Source: an uncultured Actinomycetota bacterium
Lineage (GTDB): Bacteria > Actinomycetota > Actinomycetes > JAFAQI01
Length of the DNA: 64,000 bases
Direction of reading: 5' to 3'
NCBI GenBank assembly: GCA_963770565.1
Contig: CAVYQE010000001.1
Coordinates: 1,504,001-1,568,000, forward strand
The position numbers and the translations under genes were made by a program. Positions 10,293-19,594 of the stretch are shown here, piece after piece. Position 1 is the first letter of the stretch. Each line of letters begins with the position of its first letter. The notes under the pieces are model-generated. The model worked only from the letters and a program-made list of their open reading frames with translations. It searched no databases and was not told where the DNA came from.

Positions 10293-11704
10293 CCGACCTG
10301 TGTTACATCTCGGCGACCGACGCGCTGCACAGCTTCGCCGCGGGCGAGCTCTCGCCGGTCGAGCTCGTCGAAGCGGTGATCGCCCGCGCCGAGGTGGTGG
10401 AGCCGACCATCAACGCCTTCGCCGACACCTTTTTCGACGAGGCGCTGACCAAGGCCAAGGAGGCCGAGGCGCGGTTCGCCGCGGGTGACGCGCGTCCGCT
10501 CGAGGGCCTGCTGGTCGCAGTCAAGGAGGAGGCGCCGATCGCCGGTCAGCGCTGGACCCAGGGCTCGCTCGCCTTGCGCGACGAGGTCGCCGACCACACC
10601 GCGGTGTTCGCGCAACGGATCATCGACGCCGGGGGCATCGTGCATGCGCGTACGACGACGCCGGAGTTCTCGTGCGCGCCGGTGACCTGGACCAAGCTGT
10701 GGGGCGTCACCCGCAACCCGTGGAACCCCGAGTTCTCGCCCGGCGGGTCGAGCGGCGGCTCTGGTGCATCGCTCGCGGCCGGCTCCACGACCCTGGCCAC
10801 CGGCTCGGACATCGGCGGGTCGATCCGGATCCCGTCGTCGTTCTCCGGTGTCGTCGGCTTCAAGCCGCCGTACGGCCGGGTGCCCGAGGTCGAGATCTTC
10901 AACCTCGACCACTACTGCCACGAGGGCCCGATGGCGCGCACGGTCGCCGACTGCGCGCTGCTCGAGAACGTGATCGCCGGACCGCACCCGAGCGACATCG
11001 TGTCGCTGCGGCCGAAGCTCGAGGTTCCGACGACGTACGACTCGATTGCCGGGATGCGGATCGCGGTGAGCGCCGACCTCGGCTGCTATGACGTCGACCC
11101 GGATGTTGCTGCGGCGACCGAGCAAGCCGTCGAGCGGCTCCGGGACGCCGGCGCGACGGTGGAGCCGGTGGAGTTGCCATGGCAGCTCGAGGACATCAGC
11201 CGCGCGGCCAACGCGCACTTCGGGATGATCTTCGGTCCGTCGATTGCTGAGATCTACGTCGCGGACAGCGACGGCTTCTGCTCCTACGTGCACGAGCTCG
11301 CCCGCGCGTCCGAGCTGATCGGCAAAGCCGAGTTCGTCGCCGGGCTTGCGCTCGAAGGCATGCTCTACCGGCCGCTCGGCGAGATCCTCGAGCGCTTTGA
11401 TGCCTTGGTGTGCCCGACGTTCGCTGTTCCGGCGCTGCCGGCCGCGTGGCAGACCCACGAGCCGGTGAGCGACCGCATCGCGACGCCGCCGGACTGGCTG
11501 GACGTGATGATGACGCTGCCGTTCAACATCGCCAGCCGCTGCCCGGTGATCAGTGTGCCGTCCGGCCGCTCGCGGGACGGCGTGCCGACCGGGCTGTCCA
11601 TCGTCGGCAAGACCTACGACGACCCCACCGTGTTCCGGATCGCGGCTGCGCACGAGGCCCGGATGCCGCGCTGGTACACCCCCGACCTCCGGCCGGCCCT
11701 GTGA
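10289..11704 (+). CDS. Amidase-signature family amidase
   Basis: VAVKE, PGGSSGGS, GSDIGGSIRIP (Ser-cisSer-Lys triad). Confidence 0.92.
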   Translation: MTDLCYISATDALHSFAAGELSPVELVEAVIARAEVVEPTINAFADTFFDEALTKAKEAEARFAAGDARPLEGLLVAVKEEAPIAGQRWTQGSLALRDEVADHTAVFAQRIIDAGGIVHARTTTPEFSCAPVTWTKLWGVTRNPWNPEFSPGGSSGGSGASLAAGSTTLATGSDIGGSIRIPSSFSGVVGFKPPYGRVPEVEIFNLDHYCHEGPMARTVADCALLENVIAGPHPSDIVSLRPKLEVPTTYDSIAGMRIAVSADLGCYDVDPDVAAATEQAVERLRDAGATVEPVELPWQLEDISRAANAHFGMIFGPSIAEIYVADSDGFCSYVHELARASELIGKAEFVAGLALEGMLYRPLGEILERFDALVCPTFAVPALPAAWQTHEPVSDRIATPPDWLDVMMTLPFNIASRCPVISVPSGRSRDGVPTGLSIVGKTYDDPTVFRIAAAHEARMPRWYTPDLRPAL

Positions 11705-12903
11705 CGGCAGCGGAGCTGATGGCCGGGGCACCACCGTTCCTGCCCGACCAGCGGGTCACGCTCGCCAACTGGCAGGACCCGCCGTACAACCGGTGGTCGT
11801 TCCAGCATGTACGGGAACTGATCCCGACCGCCCGGATCACCCGTGGCGCCAGTGCGATCCAGCCGCTGCCGCGCGCCGACCTCGACCTGCTCGGGCTGGC
11901 GTTCCGCTCGGGGGACCGCGAGCTCACGGTCGCCGAGTTGCTTGCCGAGACCTACACCGACGGGCTCGTGGTGCTGCATCGCGGACAGGTGGTCACCGAG
12001 CACTACTTCAACGGGATGGCGCCGGACACGCCCCACCTGCTGATGTCGGTGACCAAGTCCGTCGTTGCGACCGTGGCGGGCATCCTCGCCGAGCGGGGCC
12101 GGCTTGATCTTGCCGCGCCGGTCACCGAGGTGGTGCCGGAGCTTCGCGGTACGTCATTCGACGGCGCGACCGTTCAGCACCTGCTCGACATGCGGGCCGG
12201 CACCCGCTTCGACGAGACCTACGACGACCTGGACGCCGATGTCCGGACCTTCGAGCGGGTCTACCTCTGGCGGCCCGACGACGGCGAGCCGCACGCCGTC
12301 GACGCGCTTGCCTACTTCGCCACCCTGACCAACGACGGCGCGCATGGTGGCCCGTTCCGCTACCGCTCGGTGCTCACCGACGTCCTCGGCTGGGTGGTCG
12401 AGAAGGCCGGCGGGGCTCGCCTGCACGACCTGATCGCGCGCGAGCTCTGGGCCCCGATGGGTGCGGAGTTCGATGCCGAGATCACCGTGGATGCGCACGG
12501 CAACGCGATGGCCGACGGCGGCATGTGCGCGACCCTTCGCGATCTGGCCCGGTTCGGCGACCTCTACCGGCCGGGCGCCGGGCTGGGGCTGGTCTCGGAG
12601 CCCCGGCTCGCCGACACGATCCGCGGGGCCGCGGACGGCGTACAGGCGTTCGTCGACAGTCCGGACAACACGGTGACCCCGCCGCCGGGTGCGCACTACC
12701 GGAACTGCTGGTGGATCCGCGACCCCGCGACGCCGTTCTTCCACGCCTCCGGGATCTACGGCCAGAACATCTTCCTGCACGGGCCGAGCGAGGTGACGGT
12801 CGCGAAGTTCTCCACCTGGCCGACCCCGCTGAGCCCGACGTTGCGGCAGCTCACCATCGACGGCGTACTCGCGCTGGCGGGAGCGCTCGCGGTGCCAACC
12901 TGA
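11701..12903 (+). CDS. Beta-lactamase-fold serine hydrolase, NylB (6-aminohexanoate-dimer hydrolase)-like
   Basis: GTGA overlap with amidase stop; TLANWQDPPYNRWSF, HLLMSVTKS (SxxK), FRYRSVLTDVLGW, SGIYGQ. Confidence 0.85.
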   Translation: MTAAELMAGAPPFLPDQRVTLANWQDPPYNRWSFQHVRELIPTARITRGASAIQPLPRADLDLLGLAFRSGDRELTVAELLAETYTDGLVVLHRGQVVTEHYFNGMAPDTPHLLMSVTKSVVATVAGILAERGRLDLAAPVTEVVPELRGTSFDGATVQHLLDMRAGTRFDETYDDLDADVRTFERVYLWRPDDGEPHAVDALAYFATLTNDGAHGGPFRYRSVLTDVLGWVVEKAGGARLHDLIARELWAPMGAEFDAEITVDAHGNAMADGGMCATLRDLARFGDLYRPGAGLGLVSEPRLADTIRGAADGVQAFVDSPDNTVTPPPGAHYRNCWWIRDPATPFFHASGIYGQNIFLHGPSEVTVAKFSTWPTPLSPTLRQLTIDGVLALAGALAVPT

Positions 12904-12922
12904 TCGGGCGTAGGTTCGGCGT

Positions 12923-13522
12923 ATGACTGTTGACGTGGACACCGTTCAGTGGCGGGGGGTCAATCACCTCGCGCTCATCACCGGCGACATGGATGCGACC
13001 GTGCGGTTCTGGCACGGCGTCCTGGACGCGCGGCTGGTGACCACCATCGGCACGCCGAGCTTCAAGCACTACTTCTTCGAGGTCGCGCCCGGCAACACGG
13101 TGGCGTTCTTCGAGTACGCCGACCAGCACCTCGACACCTTCAGCAAGCCAGCCGGCGTGCCGTTCGCGAAGGCGTCGCAGTTCGACCATCTGGCGCTGCA
13201 TCTGGTGGACGAGGAAGCCCTGCTTCGCTTGCGCGACCGGCTCAAGAGCCACGGGTGCGAGGTCACCGATGTCGTGGATCACGACTTCCTGCGTTCGATC
13301 TACTTCAGCGACCCGAACGGCATCGCGCTCGAAGCGTCGTGGTGGGTCGTGGACCCGACCGGGCGCCCGATCGACCACTCCGACGAGCGGTTGTTCGGCG
13401 ACCTCGACCCGGTGCCGGCGGTCCGGGAGCTGCGCGAGACCGGTCGCCTCGACCACACCGTCGCGACCAAGCTCGCCGACGGCATCGTCGAGGACATCTT
13501 CCCGGTCAAACCCACCTCGTAA
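12923..13522 (+). CDS. VOC/glyoxalase family protein
   Basis: VNHLAL...RFWHGVL, FDHLAL, SIYFSDPNGIALE. Confidence 0.88.
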   Translation: MTVDVDTVQWRGVNHLALITGDMDATVRFWHGVLDARLVTTIGTPSFKHYFFEVAPGNTVAFFEYADQHLDTFSKPAGVPFAKASQFDHLALHLVDEEALLRLRDRLKSHGCEVTDVVDHDFLRSIYFSDPNGIALEASWWVVDPTGRPIDHSDERLFGDLDPVPAVRELRETGRLDHTVATKLADGIVEDIFPVKPTS

Positions 13523-13546
13523 CGATCGGGCGGTAGCGAGTCGCAC

Positions 13547-15055
13547 GTGCACCAGACCATCCCTGGCGTGCTCGTCGCTGCCGCCGAGCGCGATCCGACC
13601 GGCATCTGGCTGCGGACCGACGACGGGCAGCTGAGCTTCTCGGGGGCCGCCGCACTGGTTGCGCGCGCGGTCGAGCGGCTGCGCGAGGCCGGGGTGGAGC
13701 GCGGAGACCGGGTCGTGCTGACCGCGCGCTCGACCCCGCCGTACCTGTTGTGCTGGCTCGCGATCTGCAGTCTCGGCGCGATCGCGGTGCCGACGAATCC
13801 GGCGGCGACCGAGGTCGAGCTGGCCGGGCTGATCGGACAGGTCCGGCCGCGGCTGGTGGTCAGCGATCCGGATCTGGCCGGTGGAGGGTTCGACTGGCTC
13901 GACGTGGCTGAGGTCGTGGGTGACTGGCTCGCAGCGCCATCGTCGGCGCCGGGCGAGCTACCTGCTGATATCGAACCCGGCGACATCGCGGTCCTGATCC
14001 CGACGTCCGGCACCACCGGCCGGTCCAAGCTGGTGATGCAGACCCATCTCGCCTACGTGCTGTCCGGCGAGGGCTTCCCGTGGTGGATGGAGCTCGGACC
14101 CGACGACCGGCTGATGACCTCGCTGCCGCTGTTCCACATCAATGCGCCCGCGTATTCGGTGTTGGGGTCGCTGTCGTGCGGCGCCGGCCTGGTGATGCTG
14201 CCGCGCTTCTCGGCGCACGGCTTCCTCGATGCCGCTCGCCGGCACGGGGCCACTGAGTTCAACGCGATCGGCGCGATGCTCGAGATCCTGATGCGGCAGC
14301 CCGAGCGGACCGACGACGCCGACACCGACTTGCGGCTGTGTTACACCGGGCCGTCGCCGACCCGCGAGTGGCAAGAGGCGTTCGAGCGGCGCTTCGGGCT
14401 GCGGGTGGTGTGCGGTTACGCGATGTCGGAGTCGCCGTACGGGCTGATCTGGGCGCACGGCACCAGGCCGTTCGGGACGCTCGGCAGCGTGCGGCAACAC
14501 CCGACCCTCGGTGAGATCAATCGGGCTCGCGTGGTCGACGACGCCGGCATGGATCTCGGGGCGGGCGCAACCGGCGAGCTGTTGCTGAGCAATCCGGTCG
14601 TCACGCCCGGCTACTGGGAGATGCCGGAGGAGACCGCGGCCGCCATCGTCGACGGCTGGCTCCACACCGGCGACCTGGTCACCGTGGAAGCCGATGGCAC
14701 CTACACCTTCGTCGCCCGCAAGAAGGAGGTCTTGCGCCGCCGCGGTGAGAACCTCTCGCCGGCCGAGGTCGAGGACGCCATCCTCAGCCATCCCGACGTG
14801 GTGGAGTGTGCCGTCGTCGGCGTTCCCTCGGAGCTCTCCGAAGAAGACGTGAAGGCGTTCGTCGTGGCGGCGCCCGGGCGCACGCTCGACTTTCCTGCGC
14901 TGCGGGCGTGGGCGGCCGAGCGCCTCACCGCGTTCAAGGTCCCGCGTTACTGGCAGCAGATCGACGCCCTGCCGCGCACCCCGACCTCGCGGGTGGCCAA
15001 GCACCGATTGCCCGGCGGCCACCCACCCGAGGAGTACGACTCCGAATCGCCCTGA
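13547..15055 (+). CDS. ATP-dependent acyl-CoA ligase (CaiC-like)
   Basis: TSGTTGRSK, YAMSE, WLHTGD, RRRGENLS. Confidence 0.9.
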   Translation: MHQTIPGVLVAAAERDPTGIWLRTDDGQLSFSGAAALVARAVERLREAGVERGDRVVLTARSTPPYLLCWLAICSLGAIAVPTNPAATEVELAGLIGQVRPRLVVSDPDLAGGGFDWLDVAEVVGDWLAAPSSAPGELPADIEPGDIAVLIPTSGTTGRSKLVMQTHLAYVLSGEGFPWWMELGPDDRLMTSLPLFHINAPAYSVLGSLSCGAGLVMLPRFSAHGFLDAARRHGATEFNAIGAMLEILMRQPERTDDADTDLRLCYTGPSPTREWQEAFERRFGLRVVCGYAMSESPYGLIWAHGTRPFGTLGSVRQHPTLGEINRARVVDDAGMDLGAGATGELLLSNPVVTPGYWEMPEETAAAIVDGWLHTGDLVTVEADGTYTFVARKKEVLRRRGENLSPAEVEDAILSHPDVVECAVVGVPSELSEEDVKAFVVAAPGRTLDFPALRAWAAERLTAFKVPRYWQQIDALPRTPTSRVAKHRLPGGHPPEEYDSESP

Positions 15056-15092
15056 GGGAACCGATCGGGTGGTCTGGATGCTCTGATGAGGT

Positions 15093-15587
15093 GTGAGCCA
15101 CGACGAGGACTTCGCTGCCTTCGTCGCCGCGTCGTGGCCTGCGCTCGTTCGGACCGGTCGTTTGCTCGCTCCCGATGCTGCGAGCGTCGAGGACCTGGTC
15201 CAGTCGGCGTTGCTCAAGACGTACGCCCGATGGCGATGGATCCAGGATCCCGGGGCCTACACACGCACGGTCCTGGCGCGGCTCGCTACCCGCGGCGCCC
15301 GCCGTCGCTGGCGTGGCGAGGTGCCGACCGCCGAGCTACCGGAGACGACAGGTCCGGACGAAGCCGCTGACATCGACTCAGCCGATGCGATCCGGCGTTC
15401 GCTGGCGCGGCTGCCCGCTGCCCAGCGGGCGGTCATCGTCCTGCGGTTCTACTGCGATTTCACCGAGGCGGAGATCGCTGACGCTTTGGCGTGCTCACCC
15501 GGCACGGTGAAGTCGCGTTCCCACCGCGCGTTGGTGGCGCTCCGCGCAAGTGTCGAGCTTGACGACGTGGAGGTTGCGGATGAGTAG
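15093..15587 (+). CDS. SigE-family ECF sigma factor
   Basis: EDLVQSALLKTYARW; LPAAQRAVIVLRFYCDFTEAEIA...GTVKSR. Confidence 0.9.
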   Translation: MSHDEDFAAFVAASWPALVRTGRLLAPDAASVEDLVQSALLKTYARWRWIQDPGAYTRTVLARLATRGARRRWRGEVPTAELPETTGPDEAADIDSADAIRRSLARLPAAQRAVIVLRFYCDFTEAEIADALACSPGTVKSRSHRALVALRASVELDDVEVADE

Positions 15588-16887
15588 CACTCGGGACGTG
15601 CGGGATCTGCTCGACCGCGCCGCCGAGGGACCGGTGGGTCCACCACCGATCGCGGAGCTCGTCGGTCGAGGTGCTCGGCGCCGGCGCACGTGGCAAGCGG
15701 CCAGCGTTGGGGTGACCGCGGCAGTCACGGCGGTGGTCATCGTGATCGTGGTCGGAATAGCCGGTCGGTCGACGCCGGTGCCTGGTCATCGTCCGACGCC
15801 CGGCCAGCACTCGATCGGCCCGGTGGGGCGGGGTCCCACCGCAAGCCAGATCGCGCACGGGACCTGGCAGAACCTGCCCGTACCACCGATCAAGTCCTGT
15901 GGCTTCCAATCGGTGACGTCCACCGGCAACCTGGTCATCCTGGTCGTCAGTCAGGGCTCGCCGAGCTGCCCGAACGCGGCGGCGGCCTACGACCCGCGCA
16001 CCAACGTGTGGACCAAGCTTTCGCCGCCGCCGGCTTCGTTGCGCGGCGACCTGACGTCCAGCCAGGACATATTCGTGTCCCGGACGACCCGCGCTGCTGC
16101 GGTCTTGAACCCGCGCAGTGGAACTTGGCGGTCGCTGCCCGCCGTACCTGCGTCTGGCTCGCTTGCCACGCTCGTCGTCGGAACCAGCCAGCCGATCCTG
16201 ATCGGGACTGGACCTCGACACGACCAGGTGTTTGCGTTCGACGGCACCACATGGGCCTCGCGCCCAGCACTGCCGCATCCCGGCACAGACATCGTCGCGC
16301 TCAGCGCTTATTCGGAGGGCGAGACGCAGTGGGCGCTGGCGAGCGAGGAGCACGCCACCCCAGACGGTTTCGCGGGCGGACTGACGGTGTTGCGGTTCAG
16401 TGCGCAGGGCTGGACGAAGCGGCCCGATCTCCCCGATCAGCCGCTCGTGGTGCAGAGCGTCGAGTTGATGCGCACCGGGCAGTTACTCCTCGGCAACAAC
16501 TGCCTTCCGAACGCTTCCTGCCCGCAGGGCACTCCCCTCCTCGGCCTCGCCGATCTCGACCGTGGCGAACTCCAACCGATCAAAGAGTCGCCGCTGATGC
16601 TGGCGCTCACGGATGGCGTCAGCACCGGTCAGGCCGTCATCGGGCTCGACCTCGATGCTCAAGACTCGAGAAGTGGGCCGAACGGGTTTGCCATCCGTCC
16701 GATCGCGTCGGCGGTCTACGACATCGCGACCGGGCGCTGGCTTCGGGGCCCGCATGCGGTCCAGATCAACAACATAAGCGGTATGGCCTGGACGCCCCGA
16801 GGCCTGGTCGTGCTCGGCGACCCTCTCGAGAAGTGCGTCTGCAGCCTCGGTGGTCTCGTTCTCCGCCCCGCTCCGGCGCCGCGGTAA
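15580..16887 (+). CDS. Putative membrane-anchored anti-sigma/sensor with kelch-like extracellular domain
   Basis: Overlaps the sigma gene; RRRR followed by one TM helix; repeats AAYDPRTNVWTKL, LNPRSGTWRSLP, VYDIATGRW. Confidence 0.6.
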   Translation: MSSTRDVRDLLDRAAEGPVGPPPIAELVGRGARRRRTWQAASVGVTAAVTAVVIVIVVGIAGRSTPVPGHRPTPGQHSIGPVGRGPTASQIAHGTWQNLPVPPIKSCGFQSVTSTGNLVILVVSQGSPSCPNAAAAYDPRTNVWTKLSPPPASLRGDLTSSQDIFVSRTTRAAAVLNPRSGTWRSLPAVPASGSLATLVVGTSQPILIGTGPRHDQVFAFDGTTWASRPALPHPGTDIVALSAYSEGETQWALASEEHATPDGFAGGLTVLRFSAQGWTKRPDLPDQPLVVQSVELMRTGQLLLGNNCLPNASCPQGTPLLGLADLDRGELQPIKESPLMLALTDGVSTGQAVIGLDLDAQDSRSGPNGFAIRPIASAVYDIATGRWLRGPHAVQINNISGMAWTPRGLVVLGDPLEKCVCSLGGLVLRPAPAPR

Positions 16888-16932
16888 CAAACCATCGGGA
16901 GATCTGCATCGATGAGTCGCGGGACCATGATC

Positions 16933-16972
16933 ATGGCCGTTTGGATGCGCTAGAGCGCAGCCAAACGGCCGT
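16933..16972. terminator. Hairpin between convergent genes
   Basis: GGCCGTTTGG/CCAAACGGCC stem with inner TGCGCT/AGCGCA pairing. Confidence 0.5.
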
Positions 16973-17001
16973 CGCAGATTCTTAGATTCGGCGTCCCTCT
17001 T

Positions 17002-17892
17002 TCAGCGAGTGATCGACTGGTCCAGGTCGGCCGGGCCGAGCAGAATGAGCAGCGCAGCCAACAGGGTCACGACCACGACGACGGTGAGGTTCACGCTGCA
17101 GAGATAGGCGTCGTTGAGCACCGACTGAGTCGGGTTGAGCGAGTCGGCGTGGTCGGCCAGGAACCGCAGCACCCGGGCGGCGTTCAACGCACTGAGCGTT
17201 CCGGCCACGACCCACACGACCCCGAGCACCGCAAACGCGGGCAGGTGGCCGTAGCGCCGCGACGTGCCGATCGGGCGCCACGCGGCAACGGCCGCGGTAA
17301 CGAGCGCGATCACCGCAAACGTCAGCAGCGCGGCGCCGATCGCATCACTCGGGCGATGCCAGCCGGCGGTCTGGACCGCGGCTGCCGTGATCCATGCGTA
17401 CGAGCCGGCGAGCACGGCTGAGATCCCGCGCCAGGCCGGCGGCGACACGACCACAAGTGCGAGGGCGCAGGCCAGCGCAGTCGCGGTGTGCCCGCTGGGA
17501 AAGGTGTTGCCGCTGTACAACGTGTCGCTGCGGACCAGGAACGGTCGATGAAGTACCCCGGTCCGCAGCACATGGGCGAGCACGGCCGCGATCCCGGCTG
17601 CGATCGCCAGCCCGATTCCCAGCCGAGGCCTTCGTCGTACCAACCCGAGGACGACGATCAACAGCAACGCGGCGACGAAGGAGTCCACCGTGATGCGGCG
17701 CAGCAGCGAAATGTCGCCGAGCCGGGTCCCGCTGCCCTGGCTGCGCGAACCGAGCAGGGCGGCGTTGTCGAAGCGCTGCCCCAACGCGGTATGGACCGCG
17801 AGCAGGTAGATCACGACCGTCAGCGCTCCGGCCACAACAGCGGCGACGACCAGCCGCCTCGGCAGCCGGGCCGTCGCGCTGGTCGGGTTCAC
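17002..17892 (-). CDS. PAP2-family membrane phosphatase
   Basis: HRP, FPSGHT and GWHRPSDAIGA motifs; GTG start chosen outside the repeat array. Confidence 0.85.
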   Translation of the reverse strand: MNPTSATARLPRRLVVAAVVAGALTVVIYLLAVHTALGQRFDNAALLGSRSQGSGTRLGDISLLRRITVDSFVAALLLIVVLGLVRRRPRLGIGLAIAAGIAAVLAHVLRTGVLHRPFLVRSDTLYSGNTFPSGHTATALACALALVVVSPPAWRGISAVLAGSYAWITAAAVQTAGWHRPSDAIGAALLTFAVIALVTAAVAAWRPIGTSRRYGHLPAFAVLGVVWVVAGTLSALNAARVLRFLADHADSLNPTQSVLNDAYLCSVNLTVVVVVTLLAALLILLGPADLDQSITR

Positions 17893-17919
17893 CCGTCCAT
17901 CAAACCCTGCGGACCGCAA

Positions 17920-18097
17920 AACCCGGGGCAATGTCACATCACCCCCACAAACCCCAGGGCAGTGTCACATCACCCCCACAAACCCCAGGGCAGTGTCACA
18001 TCACCCCCACAATCCCCAGGGCAGTGTCACATCACCCCCACAAACCCCAGGGCAGTGTCACATCACCCCCACTATCCCCAGGGCAATGTGACATTGC
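17920..18097. repeat. 31-bp tandem repeat, about 5.5 copies, bounded by a 12-bp inverted repeat
   Basis: Unit AGGGCAGTGTCACATCACCCCCACAAACCCC; TGTCACA at 17932, 17963, 17994, 18025, 18056, then TGTGACA at 18087; GCAATGTCACAT (17928) is the reverse complement of ATGTGACATTGC (18086). Confidence 0.95.
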
Positions 18098-18098
18098 T

Positions 18099-18527
18099 TC
18101 AGGAGCGGCGAAGTGCGAGGACCGGGATCGTCCTCACCCCGGCGGTCTGCTCGGCGTACCCGGCAAAGCCGGGGTAACGGCGGGCCTGCTCGTCGAACAC
18201 CCGGTCTCGATCGGCCCCGGTGACCTCGCTGACACTCACCTGGTAGGTCTCGGGGCCGACCTCGACGGTGGCCGTTCCAGCGGTGATGAGGTTGTAGTAC
18301 CAGTCCGGATTGGTGGGCGCGCCGGCTTTGGAGGCGAAGACGTAGATGACGTCGTGGTCGTCGTCGTCCGCGAGGTACATCGTCGGGGCGATGTGCGGTT
18401 CACCGCTGCGGCGGCCGACGTGGTGCAGGAGCACGATCGGCGCACCGGCGAACGGGCCGCCGATCCGGCCCTCGTTGGCGCGGAACTCTGCGATGACGTC
18501 CCGGTTCCACTCACTGGCCTCGGCCAT
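18099..18527 (-). CDS. F420-dependent (Ddn-like) nitroreductase-family oxidoreductase
   Basis: VIAEFRANEG, GRRSG, ASKAGAPTNPDWYYNL, RTIPV. Confidence 0.9.
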   Translation of the reverse strand: MAEASEWNRDVIAEFRANEGRIGGPFAGAPIVLLHHVGRRSGEPHIAPTMYLADDDDHDVIYVFASKAGAPTNPDWYYNLITAGTATVEVGPETYQVSVSEVTGADRDRVFDEQARRYPGFAGYAEQTAGVRTIPVLALRRS

Positions 18528-19584
18528 GTTGCGCTCCCTTTCCGTTGGTGATCTGCAGGAAATCGAGGACCTGAGCCGCCTCGACGCCCAACGCCGCTGA
18601 CGTGGCCCGGCTCAGCTCCTCGAGTGGCTCGAGCGCGACCTGGCCGTTCGACAGGCTCCAGGTCGCCACGGCCCGCCCACGCACCATCGCAAAGGGCCGG
18701 AACAGCCCGTTCGATGTGACGATGCCCTGATGTCGGCCGACGATCGGCTCGCGGGAGGACCAGCCGCACAGGGCCGGGTCGAAGGCGCCGAGCAGTCGCG
18801 GCGGCGGCACCTCGGCCCGGCCGGATCGGTCCACGACCGCGGCGAGGCCGTCGTCGCGGTCGACCAGCTGCGAGGCGATCGAACCCAGTCCGCGTCGCGC
18901 GTCGGTCAGCGTGATGCCGGCCCACTTCGCCAGGTCGCGATCGTCCGCGGGTCCGTGGCCGGCCAGGTAGCGGCGGGCCAGCTCGCCGAGGGCGGCCTCG
19001 CGCGACAGTGGCGCGGGTGGCGGGCCCAGCCAGTCGCGCACGAGGACATAGGCGTGGCCGGTGCCGACCATCGGCCCGCGAACGACCAGCCCGCGCAGGC
19101 CGGCGAGCAGCAGGATGTGCACCAGCGCCTGGTCCTCGACCCGGATGCCGGCCGCGGCGACCCGCTCGCGCAGCTGGTCGCGGGTCAGCGGTCCGTCGGC
19201 CGCGAGCGACCGGTCGATGATCGCGACCGCACGGTCGGCGTCGTCCGGCGAGACCTGCTGATCGGCCAGCCGCCGGGCGCACGCGGTCATCAGCTGAGGT
19301 GTTGTGAGCGGATGCAGCCACCAGTAGTCGTCGCTTCGGATCAGGTGCAGCGTGCCGCGATTGACGGTGGTGATGACCACGGACCGGTCATCCGTCAGCG
19401 CACGGTCGACGTCGGCTACGGACAGGCCGGCGCTGCGGGCGCGGATCGCCAGCCGCGCGCCGCGCGGGTCCTGCGCCTGCACCGCGAGCAGCCGTCGTAC
19501 GACGTCGACCACCTCGCCGGCCTGCGGGCCGCTCAGCAGCTGCGCGGCGAGGCGCTCGGCGAGTACTGACCGTGAGCGGCTCAT
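18511..19584 (-). CDS. AlkZ-like (HTH_42) winged-helix DNA glycosylase
   Basis: AVQAQD (QxQ), NRGTLHL, RRYLAGHGPA..RDLAKWAG, LLGAFD. Confidence 0.85.
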   Translation of the reverse strand: MSRSRSVLAERLAAQLLSGPQAGEVVDVVRRLLAVQAQDPRGARLAIRARSAGLSVADVDRALTDDRSVVITTVNRGTLHLIRSDDYWWLHPLTTPQLMTACARRLADQQVSPDDADRAVAIIDRSLAADGPLTRDQLRERVAAAGIRVEDQALVHILLLAGLRGLVVRGPMVGTGHAYVLVRDWLGPPPAPLSREAALGELARRYLAGHGPADDRDLAKWAGITLTDARRGLGSIASQLVDRDDGLAAVVDRSGRAEVPPPRLLGAFDPALCGWSSREPIVGRHQGIVTSNGLFRPFAMVRGRAVATWSLSNGQVALEPLEELSRATSAALGVEAAQVLDFLQITNGKGAQHGRGQ

Positions 19585-19594
19585 CGGCGCCGGC

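Noticed and set aside
11701-12903. Class C beta-lactamase resistance gene
   Set aside because: No signal peptide, NylB-type motifs and a catabolic operon context
17920-18097. CRISPR or guide-RNA-type array
   Set aside because: Units are contiguous and nearly identical with no unique spacers, and no cas-like gene is in the window
17931-18551. ORFs with repetitive SHHPHKPQG peptides, and the PAP2 start at 17937
   Set aside because: They are translations of the 31-bp repeat (not a multiple of 3) and antisense to real genes
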